Of a stretch of DNA of 64,000 nucleotides, positions 11,427 through 22,420 are shown piece by piece; within the stretch, counting starts at the first letter, position 1; every line of letters begins with the position of its first letter. The position numbers were made by a program, and so were the translations under genes. This stretch comes from Podarcis filfolensis. Taxonomy: Eukaryota. Under the pieces are notes generated by a model, which searched no databases, was not told the DNA's origin, and saw only the letters and a program-made list of their open reading frames with translations. The DNA lies in assembly GCA_964270895.1 (NCBI GenBank), contig OZ185440.1, one strand, 5' to 3'.

Positions 11427-12265
11427 TAGCAGGCATTTTACCTTTCAGAGGGTTATTCCAGAGCTTTGTGCTTGCGTGTTTAAGGAGGCCTTTCTGAGGC
11501 AATGAGCCTTTTGCATATTGCAGTAGGCTCCTTAGCTAAGTGGCTAATATGCAAAACTGGGCTGTAGGTTGCAGGCCAAACTAAAGTGGCATGTGCCACG
11601 GATGCAACCATTGCCTTCTTCTGTCTTTGTGGATTTTTTTTTAAAGGCGTATGGTGAGAGGGCATGGAGGGAGATGGTCTATGAAAAACAGACAATAAAA
11701 CATTTAAGTTGGGTCTGTGCAGGACTTTTGGATTAAAATTGATGTTTTGAGAATCTTATTATTGATTGAAGTGGTGTATACTCTGTACATGTCCTGGTAT
11801 GCGGTGAGATGAGAAATCAAGCAAACACCTAGCATTTTACTTCCACCTGCATATTGTAGAGAAAGATCAGAAGTGAAGGGCAAGTTGCCTTCAAGAAAAT
11901 TGCTACTGCAAGAAGACCCACTCCTGGTCCCCATTTGTGCTTGTACCAGCATAGGAGCTTTGTGTTATGTGTTTGTTTGTTTAGATGTCACTTGGAAGAC
12001 ACAAAGTTGCAAGATGAAGCTAATAATACTGATGAAACATCTAATCTCTGTTTTAATATATTTTAATGTGATTGGTGTACTGTAAATATTTATTCGCTGT
12101 TAGATGGATGACCGTTGGATGGTTTTAGCTTTGGAGCGGTGTTCCATTGAAAGTGAATTGGTTGCTGATGACATGACTGGCCTAATTTACTTGTCATTTG
12201 TCCTGGATTTTTGGTGGTGATCTTTTGGCTGCTTCTTGACATTTTTCTATTTGTTTACTTTTCAG

Positions 12266-12360
12266 ATCTCATTGTACAAGCAAAATCTGGCACTGGTAAA
12301 ACCTGTGTCTTCTCTACTATTGCACTTGATTCCCTTATTTTGGAAAGCCTGGTTACGCAG
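12266..12360 (+). CDS. DDX20: DDX20 exon 2 (95 nt)
   Basis: ttttcag/ acceptor; [15 protein letters not shown] (Walker A, motif I); /gtgagc donor. Confidence 0.97.
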
Positions 12361-12493
12361 GTGAGCATTATAGTTTTGTGTAAAGTTTTGAGAGAAGTGA
12401 TATCAGTAATCAATAACAAGATTATTTACAAGGGCAGTGCTATTCAGTGAGAGTTTCATTCTAGCTCCCTCATAGGTAAGCTTTATTATAACT

Positions 12494-12626
12494 AGATAAA
12501 GGTAGGTAGCCGTGTTGGTCTGCAGTAGTCGAAACAAAATAAAAACATTCCTTCCACTAGCACCTTAGAGACCAACTAAGTTTGTTATTGGTATGAGCTT
12601 TCGTGTGCATGCACACAAAAGCTCAG
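12494..12626 (-). mobile_element. Penelope-like element terminal fragment in DDX20 intron 2
   Basis: ggtagccgtgttggtc...gcaccttagagaccaactaag...gagctttcgtgtgcatgcacac resembles the reptile Penelope terminal repeat; 12-bp TSD tttattataact (12482-12493, 12627-12638). Confidence 0.75.
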
Positions 12627-12861
12627 TTTATTATAACTGTTACATATGGATTTATGCTGATATTTAAGGATGCTTTGTAAGTGTGATTGGCACTTATTGA
12701 GGGGATATCTGGCTTCTAGCTGACTAAAAATGCCATCAAAGAAGTGTCACTTATTGGTCCCTCAGCTGTTACGGGAGCAGAGGGGTTAATAATCTAGGAA
12801 ATATGATGTATTCATTTTTTGTTTGTTCTTCTAGTCTATTCACAGCTTGACCTTTTTTCAG

Positions 12862-13030
12862 ATTTTGATCTTGGCTCCTACCAGAGAGATTGCTGTTCAG
12901 ATTCATGCAGTTATTACAACTATTGGGATCAAGATGGAAGGCTTGGAATGTCATGTCTTCATTGGAGGAACCCCTTTAAACCAAGATAAAATGAGGCTGA
13001 AAAAGTGTCACATAGCAGTTGGCTCTCCTG
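12862..13030 (+). CDS. DDX20: DDX20 exon 3 (169 nt)
   Basis: [14 protein letters not shown] (motif Ia), FIGGTP, IAVGSPG; canonical AG/GT. Confidence 0.97.
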
Positions 13031-13262
13031 GTGAGACAAATAAAATGATATGTGTTTATCAAATCTTGTATTGTGCTACAAAAACTAGTGGATGTTGTCT
13101 GTGCAAACATATTCACAGAGCAGAATTTGAAAACTGCACATAGAGAGTTAATCAGTCATATTTAGCAAGGTGCTATGTTTACTATTCTTTTGCAAAAGTA
13201 TATTTATTTCAGTTAGATGTGTTGTATGCTTAAGATCCTAATGCAATTTTTTTTGTTGGCAG

Positions 13263-13377
13263 GGCGCATAAAGCAACTCATAGAACTGAACTATCTGAAT
13301 ACAGCCAGCATTCGTCTCTTCATTCTTGATGAGGCAGATAAGCTTCTGGAAGAAGGTAGTTTCCAGGATCAAGTCAA
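13263..13377 (+). CDS. DDX20: DDX20 exon 4 (115 nt)
   Basis: GRIKQLIEL...[19 protein letters not shown] (DEAD motif II); canonical sites. Confidence 0.97.
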
Positions 13378-13476
13378 GTAAGAGTAGCCTACCAGTAATC
13401 ATTATAATCTTTTTGTTTCTGAAACATATTTAGTTTGAAGTGTTTGTTCTAAATGGTGCTCCCCCCCTCTCTTTAG

Positions 13477-13619
13477 TTGGATTTATTCTTCTCTACCAGC
13501 CAATAAGCAAATGTTGGCTGTGTCGGCCACCTATCCTGAATCCTTGGCTAATTCTTTGACTAGGTACATGAGAGATCCCACCTTTGTGAGATTGAATCCC
13601 ACGGACCCAAGTCTCATTG
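13477..13619 (+). CDS. DDX20: DDX20 exon 5 (143 nt)
   Basis: [21 protein letters not shown] (motif III SAT)...PTDPSLI; canonical sites. Confidence 0.97.
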
Positions 13620-13899
13620 GTATGTATGATGTGCTCTTTGCATTTCTGCACAACCCTCCAAATATCTTAGAGTTGTATGCTTGATTCTAAAGTAGTAGTG
13701 GGGAACCTATGACCTTCCAGTTGTTGCTGGCCTTTAATTCCCATCATCCTTGATGATTGGCCATGCTGTCTGGGGCTGATGGAAGTTGAGAGTCCAACAG
13801 TTTCTGGAAGGCCATGCAATCACCACCCCAGTTATAGACTTTGTCACCTTGATAAATATGTGGTTTGAATTTATTGTCTGCCATGTTAATCCTCTATAT

Positions 13900-14035
13900 C
13901 AGTGTTTCCCAACCTTGGGCCTCCAGCTGTTTTTGGACTACAACTCCCATCATCCCTAGCTAGCAAGACCAGTGGTCAGGGATGATGGGAATTGTAGTTC
14001 AAAAACAGCTGGATGCCCAAGGTTGGGAAACACTG
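13900..14035. mobile_element. hAT-type palindromic MITE (136 bp), DDX20 intron 5
   Basis: TIR cagtgtttcccaaccttggg / cccaaggttgggaaacactg; perfect 8-bp TSD ctctatat. Confidence 0.92.
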
Positions 14036-14158
14036 CTCTATATAACAACTTAACCAGAATTATTGGGACAACCATTTATTATTGTTACATTTGTATCCTT
14101 TCCTTAAAGGAGTTTTTGTTTGTACAAATGATATATAAGCCCATCCTGTTTTGGTTAG

Positions 14159-14297
14159 GGTTGAAGCAGTACTTCAAAGTTGTGAATTCTCACCCGTTAC
14201 CTCATAAGACTTTTGAGGAGAAGGCTGAACATTTACAGGAGCTGTTCAGCAAGATTCCTTTCAACCAGGCCCTGGTCTTCTCGAATCTACATAGCCG
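14159..14297 (+). CDS. DDX20: DDX20 exon 6 (139 nt)
   Basis: [21 protein letters not shown]...[14 protein letters not shown] (motif IV); canonical sites. Confidence 0.97.
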
Positions 14298-14733
14298 GTA
14301 TTTTATGTTTTTTAAAAAATCTAGATTAGCTAAAATAACAATGAATTATTTGGGGTTTTATAGCAATGCTCCTGTTTCTGTAAGTGAAAGCCAATGCACA
14401 TTAAAGTTGGTAAAGCTAGTGAGTTTCTAGGGCTGTAAGATTGGTCATCTATTGTTTAGTGTGTCATGCAGTATTGAATTGAATTAAAACAGTAGGATTT
14501 ATTTCTAAAAATCTCATGCCTTTAAAACACACACCATATTTTTATGACTTAAAGACTAAGAGTTCATCATACATACAGCGGATGAAGTAATCAAGGGGAA
14601 ATGATTCCAGATTAAATCAATTGTGCTTGCATCTTACTATGCCAGGAACAGTTTTGAGGAGCTGGCGAGTGGGACAGTCATGAAGTGTTATGCTATAAAT
14701 ACATTTACTGTATTTTCTTTTTCACTGTTTCAG

Positions 14734-14792
14734 AGCTCAACACCTAGCAGATTTACTGACTTCCAAAGGTTTTCCTGCTGAGTGCATTTCAG
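14734..14792 (+). CDS. DDX20: DDX20 exon 7 (59 nt), followed by a GC donor
   Basis: [20 protein letters not shown]; acceptor tttcag/, donor AG/gcaagt; phase fits exon 8. Confidence 0.93.
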
Positions 14793-15070
14793 GCAAGTTT
14801 GCCTATTGATAATTTTTTCTTATATTAATTTCAGCAATGTTGTATGTGGAATTTGTTGTTTTCATGCACATGTGTAAGTAAGTATGTTATTTTAAGTTGC
14901 AATTGTATAAATATTAATTTAGGAGTAAGGCCCATTTGAGCTTGGTAGGAATTACTATGTATGTACAATAGATTAGAGAAAAGTGTCTGTGGAGGAGACA
15001 CTACCCTAATGATTCTGCTAGTACTTTTGTTGTCTGGTCTTCATTTCTCCATTTGTTCGTCTTTCTCTAG

Positions 15071-15153
15071 GCAGTATGAATCAGAACCAACGACTTGATG
15101 CTATGGCCAAACTCAAGCAGTTTCATTGCAGAGTCTTGATTTCAACTGATTTG
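15071..15153 (+). CDS. DDX20: DDX20 exon 8 (83 nt)
   Basis: [27 protein letters not shown] (motif V start); canonical sites. Confidence 0.97.
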
Positions 15154-15708
15154 GTGAGGTTCCCCCACTCCACCCTGATGTCGAATTTTTAAAAAGTGTA
15201 AAGGTTTATAGATGTACTTCATATAGATCTGACTTTAAGGAAGTAGAAACTCCAACCAAGCTAGTGCGCTCATGTCTCTGGGAAATGTGCTAGTACATAC
15301 AAATGCAATAGTATTTGAAACCGTACATTCTTTGCACTAAAATATGTTGTAAATCAATCTTGAGAAGAAGAAAATACTAACCACTATTTGATGAAGATAT
15401 TTTCCCCATGCTCTTGTCTTTCCAAAGTTTAGTCTACTTCCAGCATATTTCTATTAAGGTTTGTATAGACAGTTGTGAGCAAAAATGAAAGCATAGTATT
15501 TTCAGAGTAGTCTCATTGAGGAAGACCCAGAGAAGTGTCATTTAGATGGCTTTGAAATTAGAATGGTTTAAATTGCAAAATTATATTAATGCATCCTAGG
15601 GAGCCTTGAACGCTCCTGATCTTCTGTGGATTGTGCCCACTTACTGTAATGAAACTATGCTGAAGCAATTGTTTTTGAGCAACACACCCAGCAGCATTTA
15701 GAAGATAA

Positions 15709-15822
15709 CTGAAGGCAGCCCTGTTTAGGGAAGCTTTTAATGTTTGATGGGTTACTGTATTTTAATATTTTGTTAGAAGCTGCCCAGAGTGGCTGGGGAA
15801 GTCCAGCTAGATGGGCGGGGTA

Positions 15823-15857
<35 letters not shown>

Positions 15858-15859
15858 AT
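15709..15859 (+). mobile_element. L2-type LINE 3' end with (TAAA)n tail, DDX20 intron 8
   Basis: Matches the reverse complement of the 3' end of the L2 at 55860-56337 (gaagctgcccagagtggctgggg...gatgggcggggtataaataaa). Confidence 0.85.
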
Positions 15860-16035
15860 GTAGTCCTTCAGAACTAGAGCAAATGGCTTGTTTTGTGTCT
15901 TAATGTGTGTAAATTGATTGGGAGGCTGCGGTATTTTATTCATGTTACCATGGAACAACTGAAGAAGTATAAATGTTGTGTTTGGCTTGTTTCCTCCTTA
16001 CTACCACCTTTAACTTCACCCATCCTTCCTCTCAG

Positions 16036-16141
16036 ACTTCCCGTGGAATTGATGCTGAGAAGGTGAATCTAGTCATCAACTTGGATGTGCCTTTGGATTG
16101 GGAAACATACATGCATCGGATTGGCAGAGCTGGGCGCTTTG
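16036..16141 (+). CDS. DDX20: DDX20 exon 9 (106 nt)
   Basis: [17 protein letters not shown]...[11 protein letters not shown] (motifs V and VI). Confidence 0.97.
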
Positions 16142-16228
16142 GTAAATACTGCTTTGAGTTTGCTATGCAGTGGCAGGTGCTGGATCTACAACTCTTTCCA
16201 ACTGATTTATCTCTCTGCTTTGTCACAG

Positions 16229-16330
16229 GAACTTTAGGGCTTGCAGTGACATATTGCTGCCGTGGGGAAGAAGAAAACATGATGATGAAAATTGCACAGA
16301 AATGTAACCTTCGGTTGCTTCCTTTACCAG
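16229..16330 (+). CDS. DDX20: DDX20 exon 10 (102 nt)
   Basis: [34 protein letters not shown]; cag/ acceptor and /gtacaa donor. Confidence 0.96.
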
Positions 16331-16732
16331 GTACAAGTGTTTCTGGTGTGTGTAGGACCATGGTGCATTAATTTGAGCATGTCTTTATGCGGGGAGGGTG
16401 GGGGCAGGAAAACTGTGGCCCTCCAGAAGTACAGTTCCCATCACACCTGGTCGTTGACTGCTTGCTGGGGCTGGTGGAAGTTGAACAACAGTGGGTGAGC
16501 CACAAGTTCTCTGTCCCTGTCCTTCTGAATGGTGCTATAGTAAATGTTTCAGAGTTGATGCAGGTGGTTAAGCTGCAGTCTTGTACTTGCTTACCTGGGA
16601 GTAAGTCCCATTAAATTAAGTGGGGTTTCTTTTTATACTATGTATAGGTTTGTACCATAGGCACATTCTGAATCTTAAATATTTAGTTAATTGTTTCCTG
16701 AGTGGAAATAATGAATTGTTAAATCATTTAAA

Positions 16733-16855
16733 GTCACAGAATCATGGAATTGTAGAGTTGAAAGGGACCACAAGGGTCATCTTTTTGCCCAACATGGAGC
16801 TCAAACCCATGATCCTGAGGTTAAGAGTCTTGTGCTTTACCACCTGAGCTATCCA
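16733..16855 (-). mobile_element. Short tRNA-derived SINE with CR1-like tail (Squam2-like, internally deleted)
   Basis: Minus strand ggatagctcaggtggtaaagcacaagactcttaacctc...ggtttgagc (A and B boxes), then cccttgtggtccctttcaactctacaattccatgattct. Confidence 0.65.
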
Positions 16856-17430
16856 GTAAAGCTAGATTCATTGACAATATAATTAATAGCCCAGTAATTA
16901 AGACACTAAATAAATAATGCATTTGGTCAAATAAGGGAGCTGCTTAGTATGACAACCTTGTGACCTTCAACAGTATAAAAACTGAGAAGTCCTAAAGAGG
17001 ACAGGAAACAATATTTCCAAACAAGATGAACATAGATTTAGGAAGATGTTCCTTTCTGGCAGAGCAGTTCAGCAAGAGAGGTTGTGAAACCTTAGCTTTT
17101 GGAAGCCGTCAAAAGAAGAAATTTGACTGTTTTAGATGGACTTACCCAGTCATTGGCTTATGGGATCATTATTCTTTAGCTCTGACTATTTTACGGCATT
17201 ATGTAACATCTTTTGGCTTATAGCAATACTTTTGTAGGTATTGATCTTTCTTTTATTTTTAAACTACAAACTGTCTAGTAAAAACACCTGGCACACACTT
17301 TTAATCAAATGCTTGCATTCAAAACATGTTTTATGATGGTGTCACTTAGATATATTTGTGATTAGGAGAATTTCTTTGAAAAGAGATACTGTATGTTGCT
17401 CTTGACTAATAACATTTTTCTCTTGTGAAG

Positions 17431-18527
17431 AACCTATACCTCCTGGGCTCATGGAACAGTTTGAAGGCTGGGATGTCGAAGTCACTGCTGTCCCATATCC
17501 CAATGCTTCACTGCATGCATCTCTGTTGCCAGCTAAGAGACCGGAGGCGACCATGCAGCACACAACAGTAAGCACCAGTGCTCCTGTTGTTTGTGAAAAT
17601 TCTGTTGCAGCCAAGCCAAAACAAGCCCTCAAACAGAAGCAATTACTTAAAACAAGAATGGAGGATACAAAACCAAAAATAACCAGGAAGCAACAGTCTT
17701 CCCATAGTATCACTCAGCAGAAGCGCCAAATAGAGCCTTGTCTTCAGACTTCTGGAAAGCATAACGAGGAGATGGACAGGGAAACATTAAAAAGCATGCT
17801 TCCCAAGATCCCTTGCTTATCATCATTTAAAGACCAGCAGTCCACCAGCACATGGAGCATGGCGGAGTTCATTGAGGATTATGAATACTTCATTAAAGAA
17901 GGCTCAGAGAGAGAAGTGGAAATAGTAAGAAGCTATACAGGCCCAGGAGAGCAGCATCAACACCCAGAAAGTGATACTAATAGAATTTATACTGAAACAG
18001 AATGCAGCTTACATGCTGCAAAAGCTCATGTATTGACAGGAGACTCTGATAGCGATAGTAGCTCTTACAGTTCTGGGTCATCCACCTCTAGCTGGGAGGA
18101 CCAGTCATATAGTAAAGCATCTTCAGATACACAACAAAGAGACAATGGTGCGCTGACATCAGATCAGAAATGTGTTTCGCAGTTCACTGGTGTCCCTGAA
18201 CCACCACAGTTCCAAACGAGTCCTCAGCTCCAGAAGATAAAGGAACAGAATGTAAAACAGAGCAGTCAAAGCCGCTTCCGTTGTACCACCAAGCCTTCCA
18301 AGAGCAAGAATTTAAAAAGTGTATCTGAAGTCAAACCTACTCCTTTCCCTGAGTGTGAAGATCGGAGTTATGAGGAATACTGGCGAGCATATTACCGGGC
18401 TTGGCGGGACCATTATGCAGAAGCTTCTCGCTCATACTACCAAATGTATCAGCGACCATCAAACTTACTAACTGCTTATCATGCCAATGCAATCTATTTT
18501 GAAGAGTTGTTGCGTGGTAACAGATAA
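17431..18527 (+). CDS. DDX20: DDX20 exon 11 (1097 coding nt), Gemin3 C-terminal domain
   Basis: gaag/ acceptor, EPIPPGLMEQ..., 358-aa open frame, C-terminal YEEYWRAYYRAW motif, TAA at 18525-18527. Confidence 0.95.
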
Positions 18528-18669
18528 TGGGAATTCCTGCCACCCAAAACCTACTAGTGGAATCTTAAATCACCTTTCTGTTTCTGTTTACACTCACATA
18601 TTTTCTTTATTCCATGTATATACTGTTTTGTATACTTTCCAGAAGGTGAAATGCTGCAATAGTATTGCT

Positions 18670-18675
18670 AATAAA
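18670..18675 (+). terminator. DDX20: Candidate DDX20 polyadenylation signal AATAAA
   Basis: First AATAAA about 145 nt after the stop, followed by GT/T-rich sequence (gtgttttctgttg). Confidence 0.6.
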
Positions 18676-19311
18676 TAGTATGAAAATAGTGTTTTCTGTT
18701 GATACTGATTTACTCTTGGCATAAGATGCATGAGAAATCTGTTGTAGATTACTGTTCTCATTTATTTTGGGTTATGAACTTGGAAAAGATTACTGCCTTT
18801 ACTTTTTTCCCTCATGTATGGTGAGCATTTTAATTTGTACAGAGGTTAACATGCTCATTTCTGGGTGTCAGATGTACCAAAATATATGGCCGCTTCTTCT
18901 TATTTCTCTGTAATCTCAGTTGAGTTGTGGGACTAATCTATCTTAAAATGCCTGTATTCCCATCCAGCAAATAGCACTCATTCTTTGAGAGGTAAAATGG
19001 AGCCTAATTGTCCAGAATGCTAGTTTCTTTCTCTGGATTCCCCATCTTTCTACTCTGAAGGCCTTTGTGGGTAACAGGGGCAAATAACTTCTCATTCATA
19101 GGATGGAGAGGGTAAAATGCTTAAAGATCTCAAGAGATTCTGTTTAGACCGTACAGTTTCCCTTAAGCTTGGTGAGAACTTTAAACTATTGTTTGAGAAA
19201 TGGGTCAGAAAGAAACTTTAGAAAGCAATCCCTTTAAGAAAATACTTATTTTAAAAAAAATCTCAGGTATGATTTCTATTCTTGATGAAGTTCATTCTTA
19301 GAGCCTTCTTT

Positions 19312-19538
19312 ATTGTATTATTATTATTATTATTAATAATAATAATACCCCACCCATCTTCCTGGGTTTCCCCAGCCACTCTGGGTGGCTCACAGCATAT
19401 ATCAGAACATGCTAAAACATCAGACGTTATAAATAATACAGGGCTGCCTACAGATGTCTTCTAAAAGTCAGTTGTTTATTTCCTTGACATCTGATGGGAG
19501 GACGTTCCACAGGGCGGGTGCGACTACTGTGAAGGCCC
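19312..19538 (-). mobile_element. L2-type LINE 3' fragment with (TAA)n tail
   Basis: Similar to 55860-56110 (ccccagccactctggg, cagggctgcc..cagatgtcttctaaaagtc). Confidence 0.8.
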
Positions 19539-20777
19539 CAAAGATTGTTCTGTTTGCATTCTGTATATGTACAGTTCAGCATATCTATAACAAGTACGTA
19601 CTTGAAATCTTGGCTTTTCCTTTTTTAAGGACAGCAAAATGTCTTTATTTCATTTGTCTTGAAGGTCCTCACAGAAATGAAGTAACTTAGGCTAACAGAG
19701 AATGATTGGCCCAAAGTTTGTGGGGTAGGAGGCAAGTTGTGATACCATGATCAATAACATTATGAAAAAGGCGTGACCAACTTGGTCATTTCCAGAAAAG
19801 CTGGGGAATTTCCAGAAAAGGCTTATCCACCTTGAGTAAGCTACTACCTCTTTCTAATTGGCAATTCCCTACTTCCTTTTAATCAATTATCATTTCAAAC
19901 GACAAGACTCCTAGTGTACTACAGCTGTAGTGCTTCCTTCTGTTTAGAAGTGGCATAAATAAAAAAGCATATCTCAATTAACACATGTTGCTGATTTAAA
20001 TAAATCTTAATTAAAACTGTATAAATAACACTTTTTGAGCTAGATTGGTTCAGCGATGTGATAGGATTTTTAACATATATAATAATATAAAAAACTATCA
20101 TAATTGGATGGTACTCCAGGGGATACCAATATCAGGCCTGCCATGCATAAGGGAAAACTTTAATTAGAAATGAAATTGCATATTAACTGCAGCTAATTGC
20201 CCTGCTTTGTTTCAGCTGCTCTATATCCTATGCAAAACCATGATGTGATGGGAGACTGACAGGGTAAATGCATGAGTAATGGTGTACAGGGAGACATACC
20301 CCTCTGTCTTGTTAATTCAGTTCCTGCACAGGTTGATAATGTTCACACCCTGCAGTTTTTTTTTACCACATTAAGTTCATAATAATTTTTTGTCATTCCT
20401 CCCCCCAAATAACAGAGCCTAAAATTACAATTAACATGTGGCATTCTTGAAAAGATGTTGACAGTAAAAAGAGTTCCTTGTACGCATAAAGGTTGGGAAT
20501 GCTTGTACTTGGGTTGCACAGTGAAAGACACTCATCTGTGTATCCTATTTGTGAGCTTCCACAAGCTTCCACAAACAGGTGGTTGCTGTTGGGATCAAAT
20601 ACTATACTAGTATCCTTTTTCTGTTCCAGCAAGGCATTACCTAAGACCTTTAACGGAGGTGCTGAGATACTTAACTGTTGAAGTAGCATTTTGACACACA
20701 ACAACTGTAGTTTTTAATATAAAAGCATGCTTTTCATCCTACCAGATCTGCGTTTCACAATGGAAACAGAAAAATAG

Positions 20778-20791
20778 GTGCCACCTAGTGG
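20778..20791 (-). promoter_or_regulatory. Candidate CTCF site between DDX20 and KCND3
   Basis: Minus strand CCACTAGGTGGCAC fits CCASYAGRKGGCRS at all positions. Confidence 0.55.
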
Positions 20792-21546
20792 AATATATGA
20801 CTTACAACATGCAGAAGGAATGCTATACTAATGCTGTTGCTGAATTATGAAAATTCCTTGGAAGCTGTTGACTCTCTTCATTCATTCAGCAGCAATACTG
20901 GGATTATCCACTTTTCAGCTGTGTCTATACTGGACCTCTTCTACTTCTTAAAAGTATCACAATTGGGTCATAGCCTCCATTCAGGTTTTCCTCTTGTTAC
21001 TTAAATTTATGTTCTTTGCTGATCAGTTATTAATGGTTCAAACTTCTGTAAGTTTTTTGATACTTTGCTTCTTGTTCCTTGTATTCCACGTGGGATTTTT
21101 TGAGTTGTGAGAATATTAAATGAGTCAGAGCCAGGTGTACTTCAGTATATTGTAATGGAGTCAAATAGCTTTCAATAGTTGTTTTCAGCTTTCAGGTCTG
21201 TGACAGTTTTGAAGATGCATTTTATATTTAGTTGTAAACTATAATGTTTGTAGCACATGACAGGTACTTTAATTGCAGCCTATGAAATATAGGGGAGAAT
21301 TACATATTTTTAAACAGCCTAGGTTAAAAGCCTATAGTTAAAAGTTTTCTAGGTGTTGTATAAAGATTAAGAAAACAGCACAGTTCCTGCCTACAGGCTT
21401 GCACTGATCCCCAAATCCATGGTTGGGTGTTGCACAGGAAAAACTTCGGAGTAGTTTTTGGATAACTTTGCAGTCTGAAGGTTTCCACACAACTAGCAAC
21501 ACATTTTACTATATTTTATAGCATATATGAATGAAGAACTCCAGCC

Positions 21547-21849
21547 CAAGAGTGGGGCACCTCTGGCCGATGGGTCTAATTAGGCCAAGTCATGCCCACA
21601 TGCCCTATACCTGATGTCATAAGATGCCAGATGTGTAACAGGTAAAACCTGGCTCGGCGAAAAACTTGCAAAGCCTTATTCAAAGAACTGTACAAACTAA
21701 TGCCTTTAAAGGGTTTATGAGGAACCTGCCTGCAGAAGAGGTCAGCTGATGCCCTTGTGGTATTCTGATTGACAGGTGCTTGGCTCTGCCCACAAAGGGT
21801 TGGGGGTAGATAACAGTCTGGACTGGACTAAAAATGTTCCCCACCCTTG
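21547..21849. mobile_element. hAT-type non-autonomous element (about 303 bp)
   Basis: Imperfect TIRs caagagtggggcac / gttccccacccttg; degenerate 8-bp TSD ctccagcc / ctgtagcc. Confidence 0.6.
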
Positions 21850-21989
21850 CTGTAGCCTGGGGATATGTATCAGTTCTATGACTGAAGTGATTGCAGCCCT
21901 AGTACAGGCTGATCAAGCTCCCTAGTGCGTATTTTTAAATAGCAAAAGTACTAGAGGAAGGGAAAAAAGCCTATATCAGCAATTAGTCT

Positions 21990-22420
21990 TTCAACCTCCC
22001 TAATTGTGCACTATGGTGGTTCTGCAAATGTAAGTATAGATGCTATTGGCACATGCTCCCAAAAAGAGTGCATGGGCCTGTTCCCTAGCAAGGGTGGGGA
22101 GCAGGAGGAAGTTGTTCTCTGGACACCTAAGAAGTTGATTGTCCTGAATCTGCTGCCTAAGAAAAGTGTATAGTTTGATGGAATTCATTGTCCCAAGAGG
22201 TCTTTAGGAGGCGATTAGAAAAAAGGCGGAGGATAGGCTTATCATTGGCAATTAGCTATGGTGACTAATTAGAGAACATTTAAGCACTATACTGCTGAAT
22301 ACCAGTTGTTGGGAAGGAGGGAAGGGCAACAGTTGGAGAGGCTATTGTTTTCTGGCCCTGCTTGTGGACTTCTGGGGCTATTCTGTCTGGGCATTGCAAG
22401 AAATGGCGCTAGACTTAGTG
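21990..22420 (+). mobile_element. Decayed CR1-type LINE 3' end
   Basis: tggaattcattgtcccaagagg...gattagaaaaaaggcggaggataggcttatcattggc resembles a CR1 3' terminus. Confidence 0.5.

Noticed and set aside
13378-13476. DDX20 intron 4 is also 3n (99 nt)
   Set aside because: An in-frame TAA follows the donor immediately (AAG TAA), so retention would truncate the protein
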